A stretch of DNA of 64,000 nucleotides from Isurus oxyrinchus (Eukaryota), in contig JANJGN010000064.1 of NCBI GenBank assembly GCA_026770705.1, positions 1,922,001 to 1,986,000 of the forward strand, in the 5' to 3' direction. The notes below the pieces were generated by a model. That model made no database searches and was not told the origin of the DNA. It was given only the letters and a program-made list of their open reading frames with translations. The stretch's first letter is position 1; each line of letters begins with the position of its first letter. The translations under genes were made by a program, and so were the position numbers. This document shows, piece after piece, positions 1 through 11,948 of this stretch.

Positions 1-816
1 TGACTCGCTCCTTATAATGGATCAATAATAAACAGCTGCTAATAATAAACAAATGCAAGATGGTGGCTCAGCAGGAGGCTGGACACAATAATGACGGGGG
101 TTCGGGGATTCCCCCGGCACTGAAGAGTGAACATAAATATATTCACCTTTCATTTTAACATTTGGGTATTTTTTCCCTCATTATGTTCCTGGTCGAGAAA
201 TGTTTCAACAGGAAAGATAAATCCTTACCCGTTTTTAAAAAAAAAAATCCCAAATTGGGGTCAGAAGAAGTGTTATTTTGCCAGGATTTGCCACAAAACA
301 TTTAGCCTGAATTGATGACATTTTCATTGTCTCCGAACTCTCCTAGACTTTAACTGCAGGTGCAGGATTTACATGTTTTCGTCAGTCGTGTGCGTTATTG
401 TGCACAGGCGTGTGCCGCGTATTCACTGACAATTCCCCATATTGGCAACTTCCCTGGAAGTTTGGTGTGAGTATTGTATCCTCAGATCTCACTGGCGGCA
501 ACATTTTCTCATTGATAAATCTAGGATCTCTCCTAATGAGGAATCCTTCACGATATGAATGTGCTGATCGTAGGACAAATCAATTTATGTTATTCAACAC
601 GTTTGTGGATTTCTGGGTTATTAAGCGCCATAAATTCATGATTTCAATTGAAGAACAGCGAGTTCAATCAGAAAAGGTATCCTGTCATCCTCGTCTATGA
701 GACAACTGAAGGAAGCCCGCAACCCCTCCATTCCCACATTGTGCCACTTCAGCATTTTCAGCTGGTACTGAGTAAAGTTAGCCATAAGCCTCGCTACAGC
801 CTGATTAAGAAATGTA

Positions 817-889
817 TCCTCGTTAGTACAGTGGTCAGTATCCCCGCCTGTCATGCGGGAGACCGGGGTTCACATTCCCCGACGAGGAG
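817..889 (+). tRNA. tRNA-Asp(GTC), near-intact but variant (possibly a pseudogene)
   Basis: TCCTCGTTAGTACAGTGGTCAGTATCCCCGCCTGTCATGCGGGAGACCGGGGTTCACATTCCCCGACGAGGAG matches vertebrate tRNA-Asp-GTC. The acceptor stem pairs. The T-loop reads GTTCACATTC instead of GTTCGATTC (1-nt insertion). Confidence 0.85.
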
Positions 890-2729
890 CAACTTGGAAA
901 TATTTCTTAAAATTCATATCTAGGAGACGGTGCAGATAAAGTTTTGGTATCAGCGACAGGGAGATTGAGGAAACGCGTCTGTTTTCCGAGATCCTGGAAT
1001 ATTAGAGTTCCTTGAGACGACCGGCCCTTCATGCCACCAGTCAGCCGACAGTTCTGTATGTGTCCGAAACCGATTTCATTGAAACTCGGCTAAATCGGAA
1101 TTTCCGTGAAACCAGTGAATTGGTAGCTTGAAAGCAGAACAGCTTGCTGAAAGAAGGTATTTTCAAACCGAGAGGAAACGGCCACACTCGATTTAGTAAT
1201 GAATAACGAGTCAGAATCAGAAATATTCCGACAGTAAACTGCATCTTGTAAACAGTGACTAACATGACTGAGTAATTTACATTCCAATCTCTGCCACCAG
1301 TTTGTTAATTATTAAAATTTATTTTTTCTCTTTATTTACTTTGCTTTCGAACAGCAGTTATTCAGGATCCTGCCTTTTCATCTCCGGCCCCCTCGTAACT
1401 TTTTTTTTTCTAATCCCATTGCCTCTCCCTCAGTGAACACGATGATTCTCCTAATTCCAGTTCTATTTTTGGGTCTCTGCACTATCAGCAGCTCCTTGGC
1501 ACAGAGGATATTTTTTCTGTTTTGGTCTTTCATTGAGTAAAATTTGAAAGATGATAAACGCCACTCATATTCCTCTCTCTTCCTCCTGGCCAATCTTCCA
1601 GTTTTCTTCCTCTGTAACTCTGCTTGTCTCTTGAACTCACTCCTAGCCCTCTCCAATTCCCGACACAACTCGGTCCCTATATTTAACCCACTGACTTTCC
1701 CTTTACCGAGGTCTTTCCTCATGATTGCAGGAGGCATTCGATACATTGTTTTGAAACGTTGAACAGTTAAGATCAGCCCAAACCTATTCCTGCTGACTGG
1801 GATCCCAGGACCCAGTACCACCGTAAAACAATTAAAGCCAGATATTTTACCGCGGGAATTGTAAAAAAGAATTCTACACACAGAGTGTGCTTGAACTCCT
1901 GTACATGGCAAACTATCTGCGTGAAACCACCAGAAGACAAATTGCAGGACTCCAACCGACAATCTTCTGATAACCTTGCAGACACAGGGTAGTAAAACGA
2001 TTCAGCTATTGGGTCATACGACCACAACAACAACAATGCAACAGATATCATGTCTTTTTCCGTAACGTTCAGGAACCTGAATCAGAAGGTAGAGAGCGCA
2101 CATTGCCACCGTGTCTGATTCCCTCCTGAATCTGAGTCATGATAGTTTCTATGAACTTTGCTTGTTATTGTGTTGTTTTAACAGGGAACCACAATGACCT
2201 CACCTGGATCTAGATACTGGAGTTACTGACAGCTGTCAGCTCTCTCAGTATTCAAAGACGTGAATCGGGGGAAACCACATTCTCTGGGTGACAGAGTTCT
2301 CAATAAAAGACCGGGACTGGAGAGTCAGGAACAGAACAAGTGTTACACTCCTCTCTGTTCACTGACTCTTCATCCGTCTCAGTGAACCCCGTGCCAGAAG
2401 AGATTGACATGAATGGTTCATGACAGCGAATATCATGCAGGGAGTGATCCCAATTTGGCTACTTAAAGGGGCAAATTTCAGCTTTAAAGGGTTTCATTCC
2501 TTGACCACAGATTGGGACATTTTGTTCAGCTTCTGATTACAGCCAAATGTGAAAAATCCTGCACAGACATCATGTTCCAGAGATACAGATACAGTAACAA
2601 TCCTAATATTGAACAATAATGTCTGACACTGTATCCATTTTACGCCCAATATCTCTCATAAAACTGCATGATATTAGAGAGACTGACAGCATGTTTATCA
2701 GATGAACACACTGTACTTGCACATACTAA

Positions 2730-3320
2730 ACATCGGCCAACCCCAACCCTGCCTCAGCTCATCTGCTGCTGGAACCCTCATTCATTCCTTTCTTAACTCT
2801 AGGCTTGACTATTCCAGTGTTCATCTGGCCGGCCTCCCATCTTCCACCCACACATACCTGTGCTCATCCAAAATTCTGCTGTCAGGAACTTCACCTGAAT
2901 CAAGTCCAGTTCACCAATCACCCCCGTCTTTGTTGACCGACACAGGCTCCTTCCCCGGCAAAGTCTCAATGTTAAAACCCTCATTCTTACTTTAAAATCT
3001 CTCCCTGACTTCACCCCTTAATTTCTCCTTAACCTCCTCCAGCCCAAAAAAACTTCCAGGTTCCTGCTCTTGTGTTATCTTGTAAGTTCCGGGTTTTAAT
3101 CTCTACGTCATTGACAACCGTGCATTCAGCTGTCCTAGTCTAAAATTCGGGACACCCTCCCTAAACCCCTCCACTTCTCTAGCTCTTTCTCATCTTTAGA
3201 AATCTGCTCAAAATCTACCGCTTTTGTCACCTCACTAATTTTCTCCTTTCGTGGCTGAGCGTCAGCTATATTTTTAATGATAACGTTCTTCTCAAGCGCC
3301 TTGGGAAAGTTTGCTGTTGT
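2730..3320 (+). mobile_element. L2-type LINE 3' fragment
   Basis: ORF 2702..2995 reads LSSSAAGTLIHSFLNSRLDYSS, the typical L2 ORF2 C-terminal motif (LIHAFVTSRLDYxN), followed by a pyrimidine-rich tail. Confidence 0.75.
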
Positions 3321-3336
3321 GAAAGTATCGAATTCA

Positions 3337-3409
3337 GCGATGGTGGTATCGTGGTGAGCGGCCTTGCTTTTCCAAGCAGCTGAGTCTCATTCAATTCCCA
3401 GACATCACA
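3337..3409 (+). pseudogene. tRNA-Gly(TCC) pseudogene
   Basis: GCGATGGTGGTATCGTGGTGAGC...TTCCAAGCAGCTGA...TTCAATTCCC aligns with tRNA-Gly-TCC (GCGTTGGTGGTATAGTGGTGAGC...TTCCAAGCAGTTGA...TTCGATTCCC) with many substitutions. Confidence 0.75.
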
Positions 3410-4498
3410 GTTTGCTGATTTTTTAAAACCGTTCAAATCGAAACCCCACACTCGGAGCTTTATTTGATCAGTTTCGGTGAGGTCTTGCACGGAAAATACA
3501 CGCAGATGCAATTCAGATAAAAAGATTTACAATCTCCACTTGTCTTCCATTTAGAATGTCATTCAGCCGTGTTCCTCATTGCTGAAAATGAAGGTTTCCC
3601 CGGAATATAAGCATGGAGCCAGGATAGAACTACTCGGGTTCAGGAATATTTACTGATTCTCTAAAAATGTTTCCCTCTGCTGCTTCCCAATTCTTTTTTT
3701 GAATATCGATTCCAGCACAGATTGTTTCATTGTTCAGAAAGAGACATACTGCTCTTGCTCTGAATCTAAAATAAGAATAGAAGTTGCTGCAATCAGATCC
3801 CACAGAGGAAGGGTAGATTCATATTTCTGGTCTATAGAAGGTTTAAATAATAGTCCCGCTAACCGAAACTGTCAGAACTGGCGATTTTTTCAGCATTTCT
3901 TCTTTTTTTAAAATTAATCCATTCAGTATTTCATCTGTTTCCCATCTCAATATTTGCTCTGAAACGTTAAATGCTGTGCTCAGCTCCGTGTGTATTTATG
4001 TTTTATCTGAAGTAATGTAAATCATATCCTGAAAAATCAGACTGAAATCCTACTTATTCTAAGGTAAAATGTAAATGGGTTTTGTAATTTGCCTTTGAGG
4101 GACAGCAGCATGACTCACTAGAAGGGAAATGGGCCGTGCAATCCTGACTTAGTTTCACTCTTGCCTGTGAGCAGAACAAGGCACAGCTGGGATGCTTTCA
4201 ACCTTTCTGTCCCTGGATAAATATTTCCATGTCCCTAATCTAAATATATGAAATCGCACCAGCACTCCCCTGTTTGCTGACTAGCAAACTAGCTCCTAAA
4301 CAGGCAATGCCTCAGTTATTAAATCTTCATCCTCACTTTCAAATCCCACAATGGGATCTCCCTTATGTAAGTGGAGCTTGGAAATCGCTTTGCTTGAATG
4401 ACACCCGCGTTTATTTTCGGAGCAAAATCTCATCGGAGAAGATCAAAACCAACTCTTTGTTTGAGAATCCTGAGCACAGAAGCATGATATAAGCAAGC

Positions 4499-4570
4499 TA
4501 TAACGGATGGAAACCGAACCCAGGTCAACTGATTGGAAGGCAGCTATGCTCATCACTTTCCCACCATCTT
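4499..4570 (-). pseudogene. tRNA-Gly(TCC) pseudogene
   Basis: Plus strand GAACCCAGGTCAACTGATTGGAAGGCAGCTATGCTCATCACTTTCCCACCA is the reverse complement of the tRNA-Gly-TCC core. The acceptor stem is degraded. Confidence 0.8.
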
Positions 4571-5183
4571 TGATGATGGCTTCCTGAACGGGGCAAGATA
4601 TCTCAAAGCTTTTACACAGCATCTTAATAGTGTTTGGTGCCTCCATACTATGACAACAGAAAATGGTGTTTAGCGGTGGTTAGACAGCCTGGCGGTAGCA
4701 TTAACCAGAGATACGATTGGTGAACAGCATCAGGTTGTGTTGAATGGCTTGATGCTTTGATCAGACCGCTAGAAAGCCGCAGATCGGAGAGCATTGAGAA
4801 GGCAGCGTGCTGACTGTCCAGGAAAGCTGGTGAGACAGTGCCAGGTAGTATTAAAGTAAAGAGCAGGGGAGCAGGTGGATCCCTCATGGTTATATTACAG
4901 TGCATAGCATGTCAGTTCACTTAGGAGTGGGAGAGAGTTTCAAGAGGACCAGCACCAATTTAGCTTAGTCAGGAAAGTCGAGTTACCAGAATGTGGGCCA
5001 GAATGATTATGAAAGAGGGATAGTCAATTAAATGAAAAAATAAATAAAATAAACTGCATAAAAATCAGGCCGGAGAAGGCTGTGATTATATTGGCACAAC
5101 TTGGGAAAAGTCAGCAAAGACAGCCACAGTGACAGTCATTCCAGGTACTACAGAAGAAGGAAGGTCAAAGGGACTTTGACAAA

Positions 5184-5640
5184 ATGGCCAAAAAATTCCA
5201 CAGATTGAATTTGGATGCAGCTGTCCTAGCACCCGAATTCAAAAAAATTGAAACAGAACTATGGTTTCTTGACTCAGGTGTGCCTGTGCCAGACAAGTAA
5301 GCCATACAAATTGGCCTAGCAATTGTGAATAAAGGTTTATGCAGGCTGAAAATGTCAGGATTAACAGCAGAAGAGCTAAAGGAGCCGCAAAGATATGGAT
5401 TAAGTTGGAAGACCGGTTCAGAATCACGATAAACTTCAGTAATAATCATCAACAAGTCTTCATTTCCATAATAGCCGAGAGAACCCATGGACAAATTCAT
5501 CAGCAGATGCAGAGAATGTGGTCCAACCTACGATTTTTCAGGTACAGGAATAACTGGCAGAATGGTTCAGTTGTTAATTTCAAATAAACATTCCTGCAAG
5601 AACTGATAGACAAGACGAAAACAATTAGCATCAATGAGCT
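5184..5640 (+). mobile_element. Gypsy-type LTR retrotransposon gag fragment, degraded
   Basis: Broken frames read MAKKFHRLNLDAA..ELWFLDSG..LAIVNKGLCRL..SGLTAEE..KIWIKLEDRFR..PREPMDKFISRCRE, a Gypsy gag pattern. Confidence 0.5.
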
Positions 5641-5999
5641 ACTTAAGGATGGGCATAAGTGTGAAGTGATCTTCGTAGTTCAATGAAGCTTAAAGGTTTC
5701 AAGTACAACGCCAAATGTTGATGCACCCAAACCAAGCAAGGCATGTGCAAGTAGGGAGGAAGCATTTAGAATGCTGTGTGAACAGGCCTTCATTTTATCA
5801 CGCAGCTTCCTCTTCCACTTAGTTGTTTAATTGTCCAACACCATTCATGACTCGATGTGGCAGGACTGCAGAGCTTAGATCTGATCCATTGGTTGTGGGG
5901 TCGCTTTGAAAGGTATTGCCTGCGAAGACAGGAGAGAACATTTTTCATGGCACATAGAGTGTTGTAATGGGTATGAGATAAATGGGATTTGGATGAGGC

Positions 6000-6545
6000 A
6001 CGAGTTCAGCCTCAGCTCGTGTATCCCGTCTGGATCTGGGCGCTGCACTTGAGGAAGAATTTGACGATGTGAAGGATTTTGGAAACAGGGCAGAAAATAT
6101 TCACGAAATCAGAAACTTCATTTATGACGATAGATTGGAGAAGTTTTTTTTTTCTTGGAGGAGAGGAGATTGAGATCAGATTTGATAGAGGAATTAAAAT
6201 CCATGAGGGGTTTGGCTAGTGTACATAGAGAGAAAGTGTTTCCACCCATGAAATGATCGACATCGAGACGACACAAGTTGAAACAAGTTGTTAAAAGGAT
6301 ATGAAGTGACATGAGGGGAAAAAAAATGCTTCTTGATGAATGTGGTTCAGGTCTGCGATGCATTGTCTGGGATTGGTGGAGGCAGGTTCAATTGAAACAT
6401 TAAATATTTACTTAGCCTGTTATCTCAAAAGGAGGAATGTGCAAGGATAGGGGAGAAGACAGGGGCTGTCTCATTTGGAGAGATGGTGCAGATAGGATGG
6501 GCTGAATGTACTTCTGCTGCGCTGTAACTTTTATGTATTTCCGTG
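6000..6545 (+). mobile_element. CR1 LINE 3' fragment
   Basis: GGAGAAG..TTCTTGGAGGAGAGGAGATTGAGATCAGATTTGATAGAGG corresponds to the CR1 LFSLEKRRLRGDLIE region, followed by a CR1 tail. Confidence 0.7.
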
Positions 6546-7740
6546 TGGATAGCAAATAATTAGAAAATGTGTCCAGATGAGGTTGTGAATGGCAGCCTAT
6601 CATCCGTCTAAATGTAGCATAAAAGAAAAAGATAGAACTGTGATAAAACCAAACCAGAAAAAAAAATTGGCACAATAATTGACATGGGGCAGGTGTTGTG
6701 ATCTAAATTTGTTGAACTCAATTTTGTTTCCAGAAGGCTGAGGTGAGTTGTTTCCCTGGAAGTTTGCTGTTGATGAGGATATTTAGTCCCTAGAATATGT
6801 TGAATGCTGTTTCATATAATTGGTGACTAATTTCATCTGATCGCCTTTGCCTCATATTCCTTAATATCCCTTTTTAACAAAACTCGATAAGTCTCAGACT
6901 GAAAATACAACAATTGATCAATCAATAGATTCCGTGTACAGAAGGGAGCCCTGGAGTTCTAGCACATTTTATGTGTAGAATTACTTCCTAATTTCCATGC
7001 TGAAATCTCTGGTTTTAACATTTTGACAGCGATCTAACCAGCTAATAGGAATAGGCTCAGCGATTTACTGATCTTTTTCCCTTAACATATCGAATGTACG
7101 TGTCAAATCATTGCACAAATCAGGAAGAGAGACGTCATTCCAGCGGCAGTCAGTGGCTTCAGCATCGGGACTGAGCTGTGGTTTAGTTTCAGGAATTGAG
7201 GAGCGTTAGGAGGCAGTTCAAGAGATAAACAGAGTTGTGGAGGAAGAAAACCGGCACATTGGCAAGGAGCAAGAGCGAGGAATGTAAATACCGTTCGCAC
7301 CTTTTTTGCAAATCTTTCAAATTGAAAAGGAAAATAGTGTTGATACTGGAAAAGTGAAAAACAAACCCCCCTCCTCCCAAAAAAAATCCCAAAATGCTCA
7401 GCAGGTCATGGAGCATCAGTGAAGACAGAGTTAATTGTTCAGTTCAATGACTTTTCATCAGAATAAAACAAAAGGGAGAAAGATAACTGGTTCTATACCA
7501 TTGGAGAGCGGGAGGGCGCAGGATTAACAAAAATAGGTGTGTGAGGGTGTTTGGTTGGGCGGTGCTGGAATGGAGGAGGGAAAACCTTTAATGGTGCAAA
7601 AGCTGAAGAGAATTCTAATGGTCCTCGTAAAAAAAAAATGTGTCCAGATGAGATTGTGAATGGCTGTATAGCAACATTCCGTATTTTTTTTTTTTAATGC
7701 TAACGCCCTTGCTAAATGCCTTGACATTTTTCTCTGATCA

Positions 7741-7812
7741 GCGTTGGTGGTGTCGTGAGGAATGTATCTGTCTTCCACGCAATTGATTTTTGTTCAATTC
7801 CCACCTTCCTCA
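7741..7812 (+). pseudogene. tRNA-Gly(TCC) pseudogene
   Basis: GCGTTGGTGGTGTCGTGAGG..TCTTCCACGCAATTGA..TTCAATTCCC. Its downstream flank (~7912-8020) is homologous to the flank of the 3337 copy (~3421-3530). Confidence 0.7.
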
Positions 7813-8335
7813 ATTTGAGGAAATCATGCCGATTTGAAACGTTAACTCACTTCCTTTCTCCACAGACGCTGTCAGACCTGTTGAGCATTTTCTGTTTTTA
7901 TTATTGTTACTTTTAAACCACTCAAATCAGAAACTCCAAGCTCGGAGATGAATTTGATCCATTTCAGTGAGATTTTGTTCCGAAAACACACGCGGGAGAA
8001 ATTCAACTAAAAAGATTCCCAAAGGCGACTTTTTTCTCAATCCTTCAATTTTCTGGGTCTCTCTCTTTCACTCTTTCTCTCCTCCTCGCTATCATTATCT
8101 CCCCATCTCTGTCTCACACACATGTTCACAACTGCATTTTGTGGCTTTATATATTATAGATTCGTTCACACAAGACGGTAATCATTCTCCTTTAGGTCAG
8201 TTAGACAGAATTTCCACTGTAACAGTTCAATGATCATTGCTTGTGCTGCGCTGTAAACGAGTTTGTATACGCAGGTCAGATGCATGGAAGATCTAAGCCT
8301 GTAAGCCGCACCGCTGTCCGAATAGATTTACGAAT

Positions 8336-8414
8336 TCTCCGTCAGTGTAGTCATTGTAGCGTAGTGGTCTCGCTTGTCATACGTGAGATTGGGGTTCATC
8401 TCCTCAACGGGGAG
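8336..8414 (+). pseudogene. tRNA-Asp(GTC) pseudogene
   Basis: ..CTCGCTTGTCATACGTGAGATTGGGGTTCATCTCCTCAACGGGGAG. About 1 kb of downstream sequence is paralogous to that after the 817 tRNA-Asp. Confidence 0.7.
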
Positions 8415-9399
8415 TAGCTACAATTTAAACAAAGAAATCATTGGAAATAGATTTGAAATTGGTTGATATGTGGGAGACAGAGGCAGATAAAGATCGTGTG
8501 ACAGCCGCAGTCAGAGTCAGGAACAGGAGCTCTTTTCAGAGATCCCGGGATATGAGAGCACCATGACAGGGAGGCTCCTTCATCCACACAATCAGGCGAC
8601 ATTTCCGTGTGCGCGTTAACGCATAAACTGGCTCTTTCACCTCAACTGGGCCGAATCAGAATTTCTGTGAAATCAGTGGTTTGAATCCGAGATAGTTTGC
8701 AGAAAAAAAGATACTTTAAAAGCAAAAGAAACTGGCTATGCTCCTTCTGGTAATGAGTATCGACGCAGAATTCATTAACGTTGATCTTGTAAACACTGAC
8801 CGTAAAATGACAGATTAACATGCATTGCAATCTTTGTCGCCATTTTGTTCGTTTTTTAAATTTATTTTTTTCCCTTCATTTCATTTGCTTTCTGACAGGA
8901 TCCTGTCATTCATCCCCCACCTTTTGTTTCGCTACTTAACCCGTTACCTTTGCCTCAGTAAACACCATGACTGTGCTAATTCCAGTTCTATTTTCTGGCC
9001 ACTGCACTGATCAGCAGCTCCTTGGCACAGAGATGACTTTCCCTTTCGATCCTTCATTGAGTAAAACTTGAAAGATGGTGAACGCCATTCACATTCTGCC
9101 CTATTCCTCCTCACCAACCTTTCAGTTTTCTTCCTCTGGAACTGTTTGCCTCTTGAACTCCGCCCTTGCCCCCTTCGATACCCGACACTATACTACAGCT
9201 CAGTCACTACGTTTTATCCACTGACTGTCCGTTTACTGACGCCCTTACTCATGATTTCATGAGGGATTAGATACATATTTTTTGTAACTTTGAACAGGTA
9301 TTGTAAGCCTTAAACTATTTACACTGACTTGGAACCTAGGACCCAGGGTCACAGACAAGGAATTGAAGCCACTTCGCTATCTAATCCCCTTTATAATGC

Positions 9400-9790
9400 T
9401 TTGCTTGAAACTGCCTCCAGCACACTATCAGGGAGTGCATTCCAGACCTTAATCATTTTTTGCAAAAAAAGTAAAGATTTTCCTCTGGTCACTTTTGCTT
9501 TTTTAACCAACTATTTAAAATCTCTATTCTTTCAATCTTGACAGTTTCACGAACGGGAACACTTTCTCCCTGTCGGCTCTGACCAGACCTCTCGTGATTT
9601 TCAATCTCTCTATCAAATCTCCTCTCAGCCTTCTTTTCTCCCAGGAAAACCGTCCTAACTTCTCCAATCTAACATCATAACCAAGGTTCCTCATTCCAGG
9701 AACCATTCTCGTGAATCTTTTCTGCCCTCTTTCCAACATACTTCAAATCTTCCCATCCTTCCTAAAGAGCAGCGCCCAGGACCAGACGGG
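9400..9790 (-). mobile_element. CR1 LINE fragment
   Basis: ORF 9524..9739: QKRFTRMVPGMRNLGYDVRLEKLGRFSWEKRRLRGDLIE, the CR1 ORF2 C-terminus. Confidence 0.85.
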
Positions 9791-9964
9791 ATGCCCTAGT
9801 TAAGTCGCAATTACAGCCTTCAATAAATTTTGTTTATCTCATTCCCAATATAATACTTCTTGTTTTTTGTGCTGTGTAAACGTTTGCCCGCTGTCCTCAC
9901 AATCGCTTTTGACGTGATCCCACAACCAAATGATCAGATCTAAGCTGTACAGAGCTTCCACATG

Positions 9965-10330
9965 CACGCTACAGAATACTGAAAGGCCTGGATAGAGTGG
10001 ACGTGGGCAAGATGTTTCCATTAGTAGGAGAGACTTGGAACCGAGGGCACAGCCTCAGAGTAGAGGGAAGACCGTTTAGAACAGAGATGAGGAGAAACTT
10101 CTTTAGCCAGAGAGTGGTGAATCTATGGAATTAATTGCCACAGAAGGCTGTGGAGGCCAGGTCATTGAGTGTATTTAAGACTGAGGTAGGTTCTTGATTG
10201 GTAAGCGGATCAACGGTTATGGGTTGAAGATGGGCAAATATGGTTGAGAAACTTATCAGCCATGATTGAATGGCGGAGTACACTCGATGGGCCGAATGGC
10301 CTAATTTCTGCTTCTATGTCACATCGTCTA
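9965..10330 (+). mobile_element. relatively young CR1 3' end
   Basis: GAGATGAGGAGAAACTTCTTTAGCCAGAGAGTGGTGAATCTATGGAATT...GGCCGAATGGCCTAATTTCTGCTTCTATGTC, a canonical shark CR1 tail. Confidence 0.85.
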
Positions 10331-11218
10331 TACATTAGTGAATGGTGGTGGGCAAGTAACCAACTAGCTGGAGAAGAGGGCTCCACAAATAAATGAACAC
10401 CTTACCAGCGAAGCTCACTTTCAAGGACGAATAATAGTGAAAGCTGCTGATGCATTTCGAACCTCATTGCAACCTTACCCTGGGTTCGTGCCACATTCTC
10501 AGTTGAAAGAATCCCATAGTGACCTCAAACTCATCTCCTACATACTGATCGATACAACACCATCATAGAATGGGCACATGACAGGAGAAGGCCATTTGGC
10601 CCATCCCGATTCTGCTGGCTTTCGGAAAGAGATATTCACCCAGTGCCAATCCTTCGCGTTTTCCCTGATTCCTGCACATTTTCCCGCCTTGTCAGGGCTT
10701 CTAAACTTTTATATTCCCTTGATTGTAAAAGGATGAAGGTTGTCCTGATCTAGCTTATCCTGCTAAAGTGAATTGTGAGGTTAAACACCGAGAAACTGCT
10801 TCTTCCGCCGGTAAGAAAGCGGTTGAATCCTGATACATTTTTCCCACTAATCCACAGCGATAGAATCCAACCAAGGGAAAAGTCAGGAAGCACTTTTCAC
10901 AATTAGAGTATACAGTGATATCTCTGCTCTTTTGCAAGTGCTTCTCTGTACAGGAGAAAATATTTGATCCATGATTCTGACAGATTTGTGGCACAGAAGT
11001 GTTAAAAGAAGGACGGATTTGTCAGAACAAGAGGCAGTAATATTCCAGAGGCAAGAAGTATGGAAGAAAAGGAAAAAACACAATCTGCGATGCCACTGGA
11101 GAATACAGTCCGATTCAAAATTCACTTCCGATGTGACAGTATTGGAATTAAAACTGAACCTCTAACATCGTAATAGCAGAAGGACTACAACTGAATGAGG
11201 GACATACATGACGTACAT

Positions 11219-11293
11219 CTCCCATGTCTTGGATTCAACCCCCGATCTTTAATGATATTAGAATTACTCTTTACCAATCCAAGCTAAACAGTC
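11219..11293 (-). pseudogene. highly degraded tRNA-Ile(AAT)-like pseudogene
   Basis: GGATTCAACCCCCGATCTTT..TATTAG..CTCTTTACCAATCCAAGCTAAAC resembles reverse-complemented tRNA-Ile. It occupies the equivalent slot in a unit duplicated with the 11875 copy. Confidence 0.5.
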
Positions 11294-11874
11294 AAAAACA
11301 GAAAATGCTGGAACCTCAGCATTAACGATTCGAGTCTGTATGAATCTGCAGAGGTTTTTCCAGCAATTTTTGTTTTTGTTTCAGATTCCCAGCATCCACA
11401 GTATTTTGCCTTTACCTAGGAGCTAACTGGTTGCCAGGCTGCACGTTCCTTAGTTTGATCAAATGCTTTTCAAATTCACTATAGCAGTGCGTGGAGAATT
11501 CAACATTTCTCCTTGCCTGATTGATCACGTGCAGGTTGGAATTCTGGTGTTTGGCGAGACAAATCTTCAGATTACCAGGGAGCTGCGAGGAAATGTTTGT
11601 CTCAGACCTGCTGAACAAAGAGGCGTTAGCAAGTGCTCCGTTGTACAGTAGCAAAGCTTCATTGTCATAAATCCCACAGATTTGTTGCACAGAAGTGTAA
11701 AAGGAGGACGAATTCGTTAAAACTAGAGGCAGAAATTTTCCAGATGCCAATTAGCAAGGAAGGAAAAATAAAACACATCCCGTGAAGCTGCAGAAGAACC
11801 TTTCAGAACCCTCTCCCGACAGCAATTCCAACTGAATGCAGTATGGGCCATAATTAGTTCTAAGGGGAATAAAA

Positions 11875-11948
11875 TGTTCAGTAGGAGGTTCAAGCCAGCG
11901 ACCTTTGCGCCATTAGCGGAACGCTCTAACCATCTGAGCAAACAAACC
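11875..11948 (-). pseudogene. tRNA-Ile(AAT) pseudogene
   Basis: Minus strand GGTTTGTTTGCTCAGATGGTTAGAGCGTTCCGCTAATGGCGCAAAGGTCGCTGGCTTGAACCTCCTACTGAACA, 74 nt, aligns to tRNA-Ile-AAT. Confidence 0.75.

Noticed and set aside
104-114. Perfect NF-kB-type palindrome GGGGATTCCCC
   Set aside because: A single short motif at the window edge with no linked gene visible.
1378-1962. 194-aa basic, coiled-coil-like ORF on the minus strand
   Set aside because: It resembles the CR1 ORF2 linker (KREEYEWRL..KFY..KDQ..VFTE), and its paralogous copies (~7100, 9060, 41270) do not keep the frame.
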